Part shown: positions 14,901 to 29,100 of the stretch, one piece after another | How the letters are laid out: each line of letters begins with the position of its first letter | Numbering within the stretch: the stretch's first letter is position 1 | Source: the human T2T-CHM13v2.0 reference genome, Homo sapiens | Length of the DNA: 64,000 nucleotides | Reading direction: 5' to 3' (one strand) | Assembly (NCBI RefSeq): GCF_009914755.1 | Contig: NC_060939.1 | Program-made: the position numbers and the translations under genes | The notes under the pieces: model-generated | What the model was told of the DNA's origin: nothing | The model's database searches: none | What the model saw: only the letters and a program-made list of their open reading frames with translations

Positions 14901-17174
14901 CCATTCGGTACCATTCCATATTGTTCCATTCGATTCCATTCGAATCCATTCCATTCCGGTCCATTCCATTCGATTCCATTCCATTCATTTCAATTCCATT
15001 CCATTCCATTCCATTACATTCCACTTGATTCCTCTCCATTCCCTTCCACTGCATTCCGTTCGATTCCATTCCATTGCATTGCATTCCATTCCATTGGATT
15101 GCATTCCATTCGATTCCATTCCATTCGAATCAATTACATAGCAATCCATTACATTCGAGTCTATTCTATTCCGTTCCATTCGATTTCTTTCCAATCCATT
15201 TGATTCCATTCCATTCGATTCCATTCCATACTATTGCATTCCATTTGATTACATTATATTCGAATAAGTTCCATTCAAGACCATTTCTTTGAGTCCATTC
15301 TATTTGAGTCCATTCCCTTTGATTCCATAACATTTGAGTCCATTCAATTCCATTCCTTTCGTTTCCATTCCATTTGATGCCATTCCATTCAATTCTGTTC
15401 TACTCGACTCCAATACATTCAATTCCATTCCATCCGATTCCATTACATTCTTTTCATTTCTTATCCATTTCAAGCCATTCCACTCCATTCCATTCCACTC
15501 GTTTCCTTTCCATTCGAGTCCATTCCTCTCCAGTCCATTCCGTTCAATCCATTCCATTCCAGTCCATTCCATTCGAGTCCGTTCCATTCCAGTCCATTCC
15601 ATTCGAGTCAATTCCATCCCATTCGATGTCTTTCCATAACGATCCATTCCATTCTATTCCTTTCGATTCCATTCCATTGTATTTCATTCCATTCGATTCC
15701 CTTCCATTGGACTCCTTTCCATTCGAGTGCATTCCATTCCGTTCCATTTCTTTCCGTTCTGTACGATTCCTACCGTTCGATTTCATTTTGTTACAGTCCA
15801 TTCCTTTCGCGTCCATTCCATTCCATTTCACTACATTCGATTCCATTCCACTCGATTCCACTTCGTTCCATTTCATTGCATTCCATTCTATTCAACTCTA
15901 TTGCCTTCCATTCCATTCCATTCGATTACATTCCATGCGATTCCATTCGAAATCGAATCAATTACATTGCAATCCATTACTATTGAGTCCGTTTTATTCC
16001 AGTCCACTGCATTCTGGTCCATTCCATTTGATTCCATTCCATTCTATTCCATTCCATACAGTTGCATTCCATTGGATTCCATTCTATATCTATAAATTCA
16101 ATTCGAGACCATTGCTTTTGAGTCCATTCTATATGATTCCATTCCATTCAAGTCCATTACATTTGGTTCAATTCCATTCCATTCCATTCCCTTCCATTCC
16201 ATTCCAGTTGATATCAATCCATTCGATTCCATTCCATTCGAGCACATTCCATTCGAGTCCATTCCATTCGATGCCATTTCATTTGATTCTATTCCATTAG
16301 TCTCCATTCAATTCCATTAATCTCCATTCCATTCCATTCTACTCCAACTGATTCCATTCCATTCTATTCCTTTCCATTCCATTTCATTCCATTCCATTCC
16401 ATTTCATTCCATTCCATTCCATTCCCTTCATTCCATTCGTGTCCATTCCACTCCAGTCCATTCCATTCGTGTCCATTCCATTCCAGTCCATTCCATTTGT
16501 GTCCACTGCATTCCATTCCACTCCATTCCATATTATTCCATTACACTCTCTTCCATTCTATTACTTTCATTTCCATTCAATTCCATTCCATTTGATTCCA
16601 TTCCACTCGGTTTCATTCCATTTGAGTCCACTCCATTCCATTCCATTCCATTCCATTCAGTTCCATTCCATTCTGTTCCATTCCATTCCGTTCCATTACA
16701 TTCCATTCCATTCGGTACCATTCCATATTGTTCCATTCGATTCCATTCGAATCCATTCCATTCCAGTCCATTCCATTCGATTCCATTCCATTCATTTCAA
16801 TTCCATTCCATTCCATTCCATTCCATTCCACTTGATTCCTCTCCATTCCCTTCCACTGCATTCCGTTCGATTCCATTCCATTGCATTGCATTCCATTCCA
16901 TTGGATTGCATTCCACTCGATTCCATTCCATTCGAATCAATTACATAGCAATCCATTACATTCGAGTCTATTCTATTCCGTTCCATTCGATTTCGTTCCA
17001 ATCCATTCGATTCCATTCCATTCGATTCCATTCCATACTATTGCATTCCATTCGATTACATTATATTCGAATAAGTTCCATTCAAGACCATTTCTTTTGA
17101 GTCCATTCTATTTGAGTCCATTCCCTTTGATTCCATAACATTTGAGTCCATTCAATTCCATTCCTTTCGTTTCC

Positions 17175-20100
17175 ATTCCATTTGATGCCATTCCATTCAA
17201 TTCTGTTCTACTCGACTCCAATACATTCAATTCCATTCCATCCGATTCCATTACATTCTTTTCATTTCTTATCCATTTCAAGCCATTCCACTCCATTCCA
17301 TTCCACTCGTTTCCTTTCCATTCGAGTCCATTCCTCTCCAGTCCATTCCGTTCAATCCATTCCATTCCAGTCCATTCCATTCGAGTCCGTTCCATTCCAG
17401 TCCATTCCATTCGAGTCAATTCCATCCCATTCGATGTCTTTCCATAACGATCCATTCCATTCTATTCCTTTCGATTCCATTCCATTCTATTTCATTCCAT
17501 TCGATTCCCTTCCATTGGACTCCTTTCCATTCGAGTGCATTCCATTCCGTTCCATTTCTTTCCGTTCTGTACGATTCCTACCGTTCGATTTCATTTTGTT
17601 CCAGTCCATTCCTTTCGCGTCCATTCCATTCCATTTCACTCCATTCGATTCCATTCCACTCGATTCCACTTCGTTCCATTTCATTGCATTCCATTCTATT
17701 CAACTCTATTGCCTTCCATTCCATTCCATTCGATTACATTCCATGCGATTCCATTCGAAATCGAATCAATTACATTGCAATCCATTACTATTGAGTCCGT
17801 TTTATTCCAGTCCACTGCATTCTGGTCCATTCCATTTGATTCCATTCCATTCTATTCCATTCCATCCAGTTGCATTCCATTGGATTCCATGCTATATCTA
17901 TAAATTCAATTCGAGACCATTGCTTTTGAGTCCATTCTATATAATTCCATTCCATTCAAGTCCATTACATTTGGTTCAATTCCATTCCATTCCATTCCCT
18001 TCCATTCCATTCCAGTTGATATCAATCCATTCGATTCCATTCCATTCGAGCACATTCCATTCGAGTCCATTCCATTCGATGCCATTCCATTTGATTCTAT
18101 TCCATTAGTCTCCATTCAATTCCATTAATCTCCATTCCATTCCATTCCACTCCAACTGATTCCATTCCATTCTATTCCTTTCCATTCCATTTCATTCCAT
18201 TCCATTCCATTTCATTCCATTCCATTCCATTCGCTTCCATTCCATTCGTGTCCATTCCACTCCAGTCCATTCCATTCGTGTCCATTCCATTCCAGTCCAT
18301 TCCATTTGTGTCCACTGCATTCCATTCCACTCCATTCCATATTATTCCATTACACTCCATTCCATTCTATTACTTTCATTTCCATTCAATTCCATTCCAT
18401 TTGATTCCATTCCACTCGGTTTCATTCCATTTGAGTCCACTCCATTCCATTCCATTCCATTCCATTCAGTTCCATTCCATTCTGTTCCATTCCATTCCGT
18501 TCCATTGCATTCCATTCCATTCGGTAACATTCCATATTGTTCCATTCGATTCCATTCGAATCCATTCCATTCCAGTCCATTCCATTCGATTCCATTCCAT
18601 TCCTTTCAATTCCATTCCATTCCATTCCATTCCACTTGATTCCACTCCATTCCCTTCCACTGCATTCCATTCGATTCCATTCCATTGCATTGCATTCCAT
18701 TCCATTGGACTGCATTCCATTCGATTCCATTCCATTCGAATCAATTACATAGCAATCCATTACATTCGAGTCTATTCTATTCCGTTCCATTCGATTTCGT
18801 TCCAATCCATTCGATTCCATTCCATTCGATTCCATTCCATACTATTGCATTCCATTCGATTACATTATATTCGAATAAGTTCCATTCAAGACCATTTCTT
18901 TTGAGTCCATTCTATTTGAGTCCATTCCCTTTGATTCCATAACATTTGAGTCCATTCAATTCCATTCCTTTCGTTTCCATTCCATTTGATGCCATTCCAT
19001 TCAATTCTGTTCTACTCGACTCCAATACATTCAATTCCATTCCATCCGATTCCATTACATTCTTTTCATTTCTTATCCATTTCAAGCCATTCCACTCCAT
19101 TCCATTCCACTCGTTTCCTTTCCATTCGAGTCCATTCCTCTCCAGTCCATTCCGTTCAATCCATTCCATTCCAGTCCATTCCATTCGAGTCCGTTCCATT
19201 CCAGTCCATTCCATTCGAGTCAATTCCATCCCATTCGATGTCTTTCCATAACGATCCATTCCATTCTATTCCTTTCGATTCCATTCCATTCTATTTCATT
19301 CCATTCGATTCCCTTCCATTGGACTCCTTTCCATTCGAGTGCATTCCATTCCGTTCCATTTCTTTCCGTTCTGTACGATTCCTACCGTTCGATTTCGTTT
19401 TCTTCCAGTCCATTCCTTTCGCGTCCATTCCATTCCATTTCACTCCATTCGATTCCATTCCACTCGATTCCACTTCGTTCCATTTCATTGCATTCCATTC
19501 TATTCAACTCTATTGCCTTCCATTCCATTCCATTCGATTACATTCCATGCGATTCCATTCGAAATCGAATCAATTACATTGCAATCCATTACTATTGAGT
19601 CCGTTTTATTCCAGTCCACTGCATTCTGGTCCATTCCATTTGATTCCATTCCATTCTATTCCATTCCATACAGTTGCATTCCATTGGATTCCATGCTATA
19701 TCTATAAATTCAATTCGAGACCATTGCTTTTGAGTCCATTCTATATGATTCCATTCCATTCAAGTCCATTACATTTGGTTCAATTCCATTCCATTCCATT
19801 CCCTTCCATTCCATTCCAGTTGATATCAATCCATTCGATTCCATTCCATTCGAGCACATTCCATTCGAGTCCATTCCATTCGATGCCATTCCATTTGATT
19901 CTATTCCATTAGTCTCCATTCAATTCCATTAATCTCCATTCCATTCCATTCTACTCCAACTGATTCCATTCCATTCTATTCCTTTCCATTCCATTTCATT
20001 CCATTCCATTCCATTTCATTCCATTCCATTCCATTCGCTTCCATTCCATTCGTGTCCATTCCACTCCAGTCCATTCCATTCGTGTCCATTCCATTCCAGT

Positions 20101-23100
20101 CCATTCCATTTGTGTCCACTGCATTCCATTCCACTCCATTCCATATTATTCCATTACACTCCATTCCATTCTATTACTTTCTTTTCCATTCAATTCCATT
20201 CCATTTGATTCCATTCCACTCGGTTTCATTCCATTTGAGTCCACTCCATTCCATTCCATTCCATTCCATTCAGTTCCATTCCATTCTGTTCCATTCCATT
20301 CCGTTCCATTGCATTCCATTCCATTCGGTAACATTCCATATTGTTCCATTCGATTCCATTCGAATCCATTCCATTCCAGTCCATTCCATTCGATTCCATT
20401 CCATTCCTTTCAATTCCATTCCATTCCATTCCATTCCACTTGATTCCACTCCATTCCCTTCCACTGCATTCCATTCGATTCCATTCCATTGCATTGCATT
20501 CCATTCCATTGGACTGCATTCCATTCGATTCCATTCCATTCGAATCAATTACATAGCAATCCATTACATTCGAGTCTATTCTATTCCGTTCCATTCGATT
20601 TCGTTCCAATCCATTCGATTCCATTCCATTCGATTCCATTCCATACTATTGCATTCCATTCGATTACATTATATTCGAATAAGTTCCATTCAAGACCATT
20701 TCTTTTGAGTCCATTCTATTTGAGTCCATTCCCTTTGATTCCATAACATTTGAGTCCATTCAATTCCATTCCTTTCGTTTCCATTCCATTTGATGCCATT
20801 CCATTCAATTCTGTTCTACTCGACTCCAATACATTCAATTCCATTCCATCCGATTCCATTACATTCTTTTCATTTCTTATCCATTTCAAGCCATTCCACT
20901 CCATTCCATTCCACTCGTTTCCTTTCCATTCGAGTCCATTCCTCTCCAGTCCATTCCGTTCAATCCATTCCATTCCAGTCCATTCCATTCGAGTCCGTTC
21001 CATTCCAGTCCATTCCATTCGAGTCAATTCCATCCCATTCGATGTCTTTCCATAACGATCCATTCCATTCTATTCCTTTCGATTCCATTCCATTCTATTT
21101 CATTCCATTCGATTCCCTTCCATTGGACTCCTTTCCATTCGAGTGCATTCCATTCCGTTCCATTTCTTTCCGTTCTGTACGATTCCTACCGTTCGATTTC
21201 ATTTTGTTCCAGTCCATTCCTTTCGCGTCCATTCCATTCCATTTCACTCCATTCGATTCCATTCCACTCGATTCCACTTCGTTCCATTTCATTGCATTCC
21301 ATTCTATTCAACTCTATTGCCTTCCATTCCATTCCATTCGATTACATTCCATGCGATTCCATTCGAAATCGAATCAATTACATTGCAATCCATTACTATT
21401 GAGTCCGTTTTATTCCAGTCCACTGCATTCTGGTCCATTCCATTTGATTCCATTCCATTCTATTCCATTCCATACAGTTGCATTCCATTGGATTCCATGC
21501 TATATCTATAAATTCTATTCGAGACCATTGCTTTTGAGTCCATTCTATATGATTCCATTCCATTCAAGTCCATTACATTTGGTTCAATTCCATTCCATTC
21601 CATTCCCTTCCATTCCATTCCAGTTGATATCAATCCATTCGATTCCATTCCATTCGAGCACATTCCATTCGAGTCCATTCCATTCCATGCCATTCCATTT
21701 GATTCTATTCCATTAGTCTCCATTCAATTCCATTAATCTCCATTCCATTCCATTCTACTCCAACTGATTCCATTCCATTCTATTCCTTTCCATTCCATTT
21801 CATTCCATTCCATTCCATTTCATTCCATTACATTCCATTAGCTTCCATTCCATTCGTGTCCATTCCACTCCAGTCCATTCCATTCGTGTCCATTCCATTC
21901 CAGTCCATTCCATTTGTGTCCACTGCATTCCATTACACTCCATTCCATATTATTCCATTACACTCCATTCCATTCTATTACTTTCATTTCCATTCAATTC
22001 CATTTCATTTGATTCCATTCCACTCGGTTTCATTCCATTTGAGTCCACTCCATTCCTTTCCATTCCATTCCATTCAGTTCCATTCCATTCTGTTCCATTC
22101 CATTCCGTTCCATTGCATTCCATTCCATTCGGTAACATTCCATATTGTTCCATTCGATTCCATTCGAATCCATTCCATTCCAGTCCATTCCATTCGATTC
22201 CATTCCATTCCTTTCAATTCCATTCCATTCCATTCCATTCCACTTGATTCCACTCCATTCCCTTCCACTGCATTCCATTCGATTCCATTCCATTGCATTG
22301 CATTCCATTCCATTGGACTGCATTCCATTCGATTCCATTCCATTCGAATCAATTACATAGCAATCCATTACATTCGAGTCTATTCTATTCCGTTCCATTC
22401 GATTTCGTTCCAATCCATTCGATTCCATTCCATTCGATTCCATTCCATACTATTGCATTCCATTCTATTACATTATATTCGAATAAGTTCCATTCAAGAC
22501 CATTTCTTTTGAGTCCATTCTATTTGAGTCCATTCCCTTTGATTCCATAACATTTGAGTCCATTCAATTCCATTCCTTTCGTTTCCATTCCATTTGATGC
22601 CATTCCATTCAATTCTGTTCTACTCGACTCCAATACATTCAATTCCATTCCATCCGATTCCATTACATTCTTTTCATTCCTTATTCATTTCAAGCCATTC
22701 CACTCCATTCCATTCCACTCGTTTCCTTTCCTTTCGAGTCCATTCCTCTCCAGTCCATTCCGTTCAATCCATTCCATTCCAGTCCATTCCATTCGAGTCC
22801 GTTCCATTCCAGTCCATTCCATTCGAGTCAATTCCATCCCATTCGATGTCTTTCCATAACGATCCATTCCATTCTATTCCTTTCGATTCCATTCCATTCT
22901 ATATCATTCCATTCGATTCCCTTCCATTGGACTCCTTTCCATTCGAGTGCATTCCATTCCGTTCCATTTCTTTCCGTTCTGTACGATTCCTACCGTTCGA
23001 TTTCATTTTGTTCCAGTCCATTCCTTTCGCGTCCATTCCATTCCATTTCACTCCATTCGATTCCATTCCACTCGATTCCACTTCGTTCCATTTCATTGCA

Positions 23101-26100
23101 TTCCATTCTATTCAACTCTATTGCCTTCCATTATATTCCATTCGATTACATTCCATGCGATTCCATTCGAAATCGAATCAATTACATTGCAATCCATTAC
23201 TATTGAGTCCGTTTTATTCCAGTCCACTGCATTCTGGTCCATTCCATTTGATTCCATTCCATTTTATTCCATTCCATACAGTTGCATTCCATTGGATTCC
23301 ATGCTATATCTATAAATTCAATTCGAGACCATTGCTTTTGAGTCCATTCTATATGTTTCCATTCCATTCAAGTCCATTACATTTGGTTCAATTCCATTCC
23401 ATTCCATTCCCTTCCATTCCATTCCAGTTGATATCAATCCATTCGATTCCATTCCATTCGAGCACATTCCATTCGAGTCCATTCCATTCGATGCCATTCC
23501 ATTTGATTCTATTCCATTAGTCTCCATTCAATTCCATTAATCTCCATTCCATTCCATTCTACTCCAACTGATTCCATTCCATTCTATTCCTTTCCATTCC
23601 ATTTCATTCCATTCCATTCCATTTCATTCCAATCCATTCCATTCGCTTCCATTCCATTCGTGTCCATTCCACTCCAGTCCATTCCATTTGTGTCCACTGC
23701 ATTCCATTCCACTCCATTCCATATTATTCCATTACACTCCATTCCATTCTATTACTTTCATTTCCATTCAATTCCATTCCATTTGATTCCATTCCACTCG
23801 GTTTCATTCCATTTGAGTCCACTCCATTCCATTCCATTCCATTCCATTCAGTTCCATTCCATTCTGTTCCATTACATTCCATTCCATTCGGTACCATTCC
23901 ATATTGTTCCATTCGATTCCATTCGAATCCATTCCATTCCAGTCCATTCCATTCGATTCCATTCCATTCCTTTCAATTCCATTCCATTCCATTCCACTTG
24001 ATTCCACTCCATTCCCTTCCACTGCATTCCATTCGATTCCATTCCATTGCATTGCATTCCATTCCATTGGACTGCATTCCATTCGATTCCATTCCATTCA
24101 AATCAATTACATAGCAATCCATTACATTCTAGTCTATTCTATTCCGTTCCATTCGATTTCGTTCCAATCCATTCGATTCCATTCCATTCGATTCCATTCC
24201 ATACTATTGCATTCCATTCTTTTACATTATATTCGAATAATTTCCATTCAAGACCATTTCTTTTGAGTCCATTCTATTTGAGTCCATTCCCTTTGATTCC
24301 ATAACATTTGAGTCCATTCAATTCCATTCCTTTCGTTTGCATTCCATTTGATGCCATTCCATTCAATTCTGTTCTACTCGACTCCAATACATTCAATTCC
24401 ATTCCATCCGATTCCATTACATTCTTTTCATTTCTTATCCATTTCAAGCCATTCCACTCCATTCCATTCCACTCGTTTCCTTTCCATTCGAGTCCATTCC
24501 TCTCCAGTCCATTCCGTTCAATCCATTCCATTCCAGTCCATTCCATTCGAGTCCGTTCCATTCCAGTCCATTCCATTCGAGTCAATTCCATCCCATTCGA
24601 TGTCTTTCCATAACGATCCATTCCATTCTATTCCTTTCGATTCCATTCCATTCTATTTCATTCCATTCGATTCCCTTCCATTGGACTCCTTTCCATTCGA
24701 GTGCATTCCATTCCGTTCCATTTCTTTCCGTTCTGTACGATTCCTACCGTTCGATTTCATTTTGTTCCAGTCCATTCCTTTCGCGTCCATTCCATTCCAT
24801 TTCACTCCATTCGATTCCATTCCACTCGATTCCACTTCGTTCCATTTCATTGCATTCCATTCTATTCAACTCTATTGCCTTCCATTCCATTCCATTCGAT
24901 TACATTCCATGCGATTCCATTCGAAATCGAATCAATTACATTGCAATCCATTACTATTGAGTCCGTTTTATTCCAGTCCACTGCATTCTGGTCCATTCCA
25001 TTTGATTCCATTCCATTCTATTCCATTCCATCCAGTTGCATTCCATTGGATTCCATGCTATATCTATAAATTCAATTCGAGACCATTGCTTTTGAGTCCA
25101 TTCTATATAATTCCATTCCATTCAAGTCCATTACATTTGGTTCAATTCCATTCCATTCCATTCCCTTCCATTCCATTCCAGTTGATATCAATCCATTCGA
25201 TTCCATTCCATTCGAGCACATTCCATTCGAGTCCATTCCATTCGATGCCATTCCATTTGATTCTATTCCATTAGTCTCCATTCAATTCCATTAATCTCCA
25301 TTCCATTCCATTCCACTCCAACTGATTCCATTCCATTCTATTCCTTTCCATTCCATTTCATTCCATTCCATTCCATTTCATTCCATTCCATTCCATTCGC
25401 TTCCATTCCATTCGTGTCCATTCCACTCCAGTCCATTCCATTCGTGTCCATTCCATTCCAGTCCATTCCATTTGTGTCCACTGCATTCCATTCCACTCCA
25501 TTCCATATTATTCCATTACACTCCATTCCATTCTATTACTTTCATTTCCATTCAATTCCATTCCATTTGATTCCATTCCACTCGGTTTCATTCCATTTGA
25601 GTCCACTCCATTCCATTCCATTCCATTCCATTCAGTTCCATTCCATTCTGTTCCATTCCATTCCGTTCCATTGCATTCCATTCCATTCGGTAACATTCCA
25701 TATTGTTCCATTCGATTCCATTCGAATCCATTCCATTCCAGTCCATTCCATTCGATTCCATTCCATTCCTTTCAATTCCATTCCATTCCATTCCATTCCA
25801 CTTGATTCCACTCCATTCCCTTCCACTGCATTCCATTCGATTCCATTCCATTGCATTGCATTCCATTCCATTGGACTGCATTCCATTCGATTCCATTCCA
25901 TTCGAATCAATTACATAGCAATCCATTACATTCGAGTCTATTCTATTCCGTTCCATTCGATTTCGTTCCAATCCATTCGATTCCATTCCATTCGATTCCA
26001 TTCCATACTATTGCATTCCATTCGATTACATTATATTCGAATAAGTTCCATTCAAGACCATTTCTTTTGAGTCCATTCTATTTGAGTCCATTCCCTTTGA

Positions 26101-29100
26101 TTCCATAACATTTGAGTCCATTCAATTCCATTCCTTTCGTTTCCATTCCATTTGATGCCATTCCATTCAATTCTGTTCTACTCGACTCCAATACATTCAA
26201 TTCCATTCCATCCGATTCCATTACATTCTTTTCATTTCTTATCCATTTCAAGCCATTCCACTCCATTCCATTCCACTCGTTTCCTTTCCATTCGAGTCCA
26301 TTCCTCTCCAGTCCATTCCGTTCAATCCATTCCATTCCAGTCCATTCCATTCGAGTCCGTTCCATTCCAGTCCATTCCATTCGAGTCAATTCCATCCCAT
26401 TCGATGTCTTTCCATAACGATCCATTCCATTCTATTCCTTTCGATTCCATTCCATTCTATTTCATTCCATTCGATTCCCTTCCATTGGACTCCTTTCCAT
26501 TCGAGTGCATTCCATTCCGTTCCATTTCTTTCCGTTCTGTACGATTCCTACCGTTCGATTTCGTTTTCTTCCAGTCCATTCCTTTCGCGTCCATTCCATT
26601 CCATTTCACTCCATTCGATTCCATTCCACTCGATTCCACTTCGTTCCATTTCATTGCATTCCATTCTATTCAACTCTATTGCCTTCCATTCCATTCCATT
26701 CGATTACATTCCATGCGATTCCATTCGAAATCGAATCAATTACATTGCAATCCATTACTATTGAGTCCGTTTTATTCCAGTCCACTGCATTCTGGTCCAT
26801 TCCATTTGATTCCATTCCATTCTATTCCATTCCATACAGTTGCATTCCATTGGATTCCATGCTATATCTATAAATTCAATTCGAGACCATTGCTTTTGAG
26901 TCCATTCTATATGATTCCATTCCATTCAAGTCCATTACATTTGGTTCAATTCCATTCCATTCCATTCCCTTCCATTCCATTCCAGTTGATATCAATCCAT
27001 TCGATTCCATTCCATTCGAGCACATTCCATTCGAGTCCATTCCATTCGATGCCATTCCATTTGATTCTATTCCATTAGTCTCCATTCAATTCCATTAATC
27101 TCCATTCCATTCCATTCTACTCCAACTGATTCCATTCCATTCTATTCCTTTCCATTCCATTTCATTCCATTCCATTCCATTTCATTCCATTCCATTCCAT
27201 TCGCTTCCATTCCATTCGTGTCCATTCCACTCCAGTCCATTCCATTCGTGTCCATTCCATTCCAGTCCATTCCATTTGTGTCCACTGCATTCCATTCCAC
27301 TCCATTCCATATTATTCCATTACACTCCATTCCATTCTATTACTTTCTTTTCCATTCAATTCCATTCCATTTGATTCCATTCCACTCGGTTTCATTCCAT
27401 TTGAGTCCACTCCATTCCATTCCATTCCATTCCATTCAGTTCCATTCCATTCTGTTCCATTCCATTCCGTTCCATTGCATTCCATTCCATTCGGTAACAT
27501 TCCATATTGTTCCATTCGATTCCATTCGAATCCATTCCATTCCAGTCCATTCCATTCGATTCCATTCCATTCCTTTCAATTCCATTCCATTCCATTCCAT
27601 TCCACTTGATTCCACTCCATTCCCTTCCACTGCATTCCATTCGATTCCATTCCATTGCATTGCATTCCATTCCATTGGACTGCATTCCATTCGATTCCAT
27701 TCCATTCGAATCAATTACATAGCAATCCATTACATTCGAGTCTATTCTATTCCGTTCCATTCGATTTCGTTCCAATCCATTCGATTCCATTCCATTCGAT
27801 TCCATTCCATACTATTGCATTCCATTCGATTACATTATATTCGAATAAGTTCCATTCAAGACCATTTCTTTTGAGTCCATTCTATTTGAGTCCATTCCCT
27901 TTGATTCCATAACATTTGAGTCCATTCAATTCCATTCCTTTCGTTTCCATTCCATTTGATGCCATTCCATTCAATTCTGTTCTACTCGACTCCAATACAT
28001 TCAATTCCATTCCATCCGATTCCATTACATTCTTTTCATTTCTTATCCATTTCAAGCCATTCCACTCCATTCCATTCCACTCGTTTCCTTTCCATTCGAG
28101 TCCATTCCTCTCCAGTCCATTCCGTTCAATCCATTCCATTCCAGTCCATTCCATTCGAGTCCGTTCCATTCCAGTCCATTCCATTCGAGTCAATTCCATC
28201 CCATTCGATGTCTTTCCATAACGATCCATTCCATTCTATTCCTTTCGATTCCATTCCATTCTATTTCATTCCATTCGATTCCCTTCCATTGGACTCCTTT
28301 CCATTCGAGTGCATTCCATTCCGTTCCATTTCTTTCCGTTCTGTACGATTCCTACCGTTCGATTTCATTTTGTTCCAGTCCATTCCTTTCGCGTCCATTC
28401 CATTCCATTTCACTCCATTCGATTCCATTCCACTCGATTCCACTTCGTTCCATTTCATTGCATTCCATTCTATTCAACTCTATTGCCTTCCATTCCATTC
28501 CATTCGATTACATTCCATGCGATTCCATTCGAAATCGAATCAATTACATTGCAATCCATTACTATTGAGTCCGTTTTATTCCAGTCCACTGCATTCTGGT
28601 CCATTCCATTTGATTCCATTCCATTCTATTCCATTCCATACAGTTGCATTCCATTGGATTCCATGCTATATCTATAAATTCTATTCGAGACCATTGCTTT
28701 TGAGTCCATTCTATATGATTCCATTCCATTCAAGTCCATTACATTTGGTTCAATTCCATTCCATTCCATTCCCTTCCATTCCATTCCAGTTGATATCAAT
28801 CCATTCGATTCCATTCCATTCGAGCACATTCCATTCGAGTCCATTCCATTCCATGCCATTCCATTTGATTCTATTCCATTAGTCTCCATTCAATTCCATT
28901 AATCTCCATTCCATTCCATTCTACTCCAACTGATTCCATTCCATTCTATTCCTTTCCATTCCATTTCATTCCATTCCATTCCATTTCATTCCATTACATT
29001 CCATTAGCTTCCATTCCATTCGTGTCCATTCCACTCCAGTCCATTCCATTCGTGTCCATTCCATTCCAGTCCATTCCATTTGTGTCCACTGCATTCCATT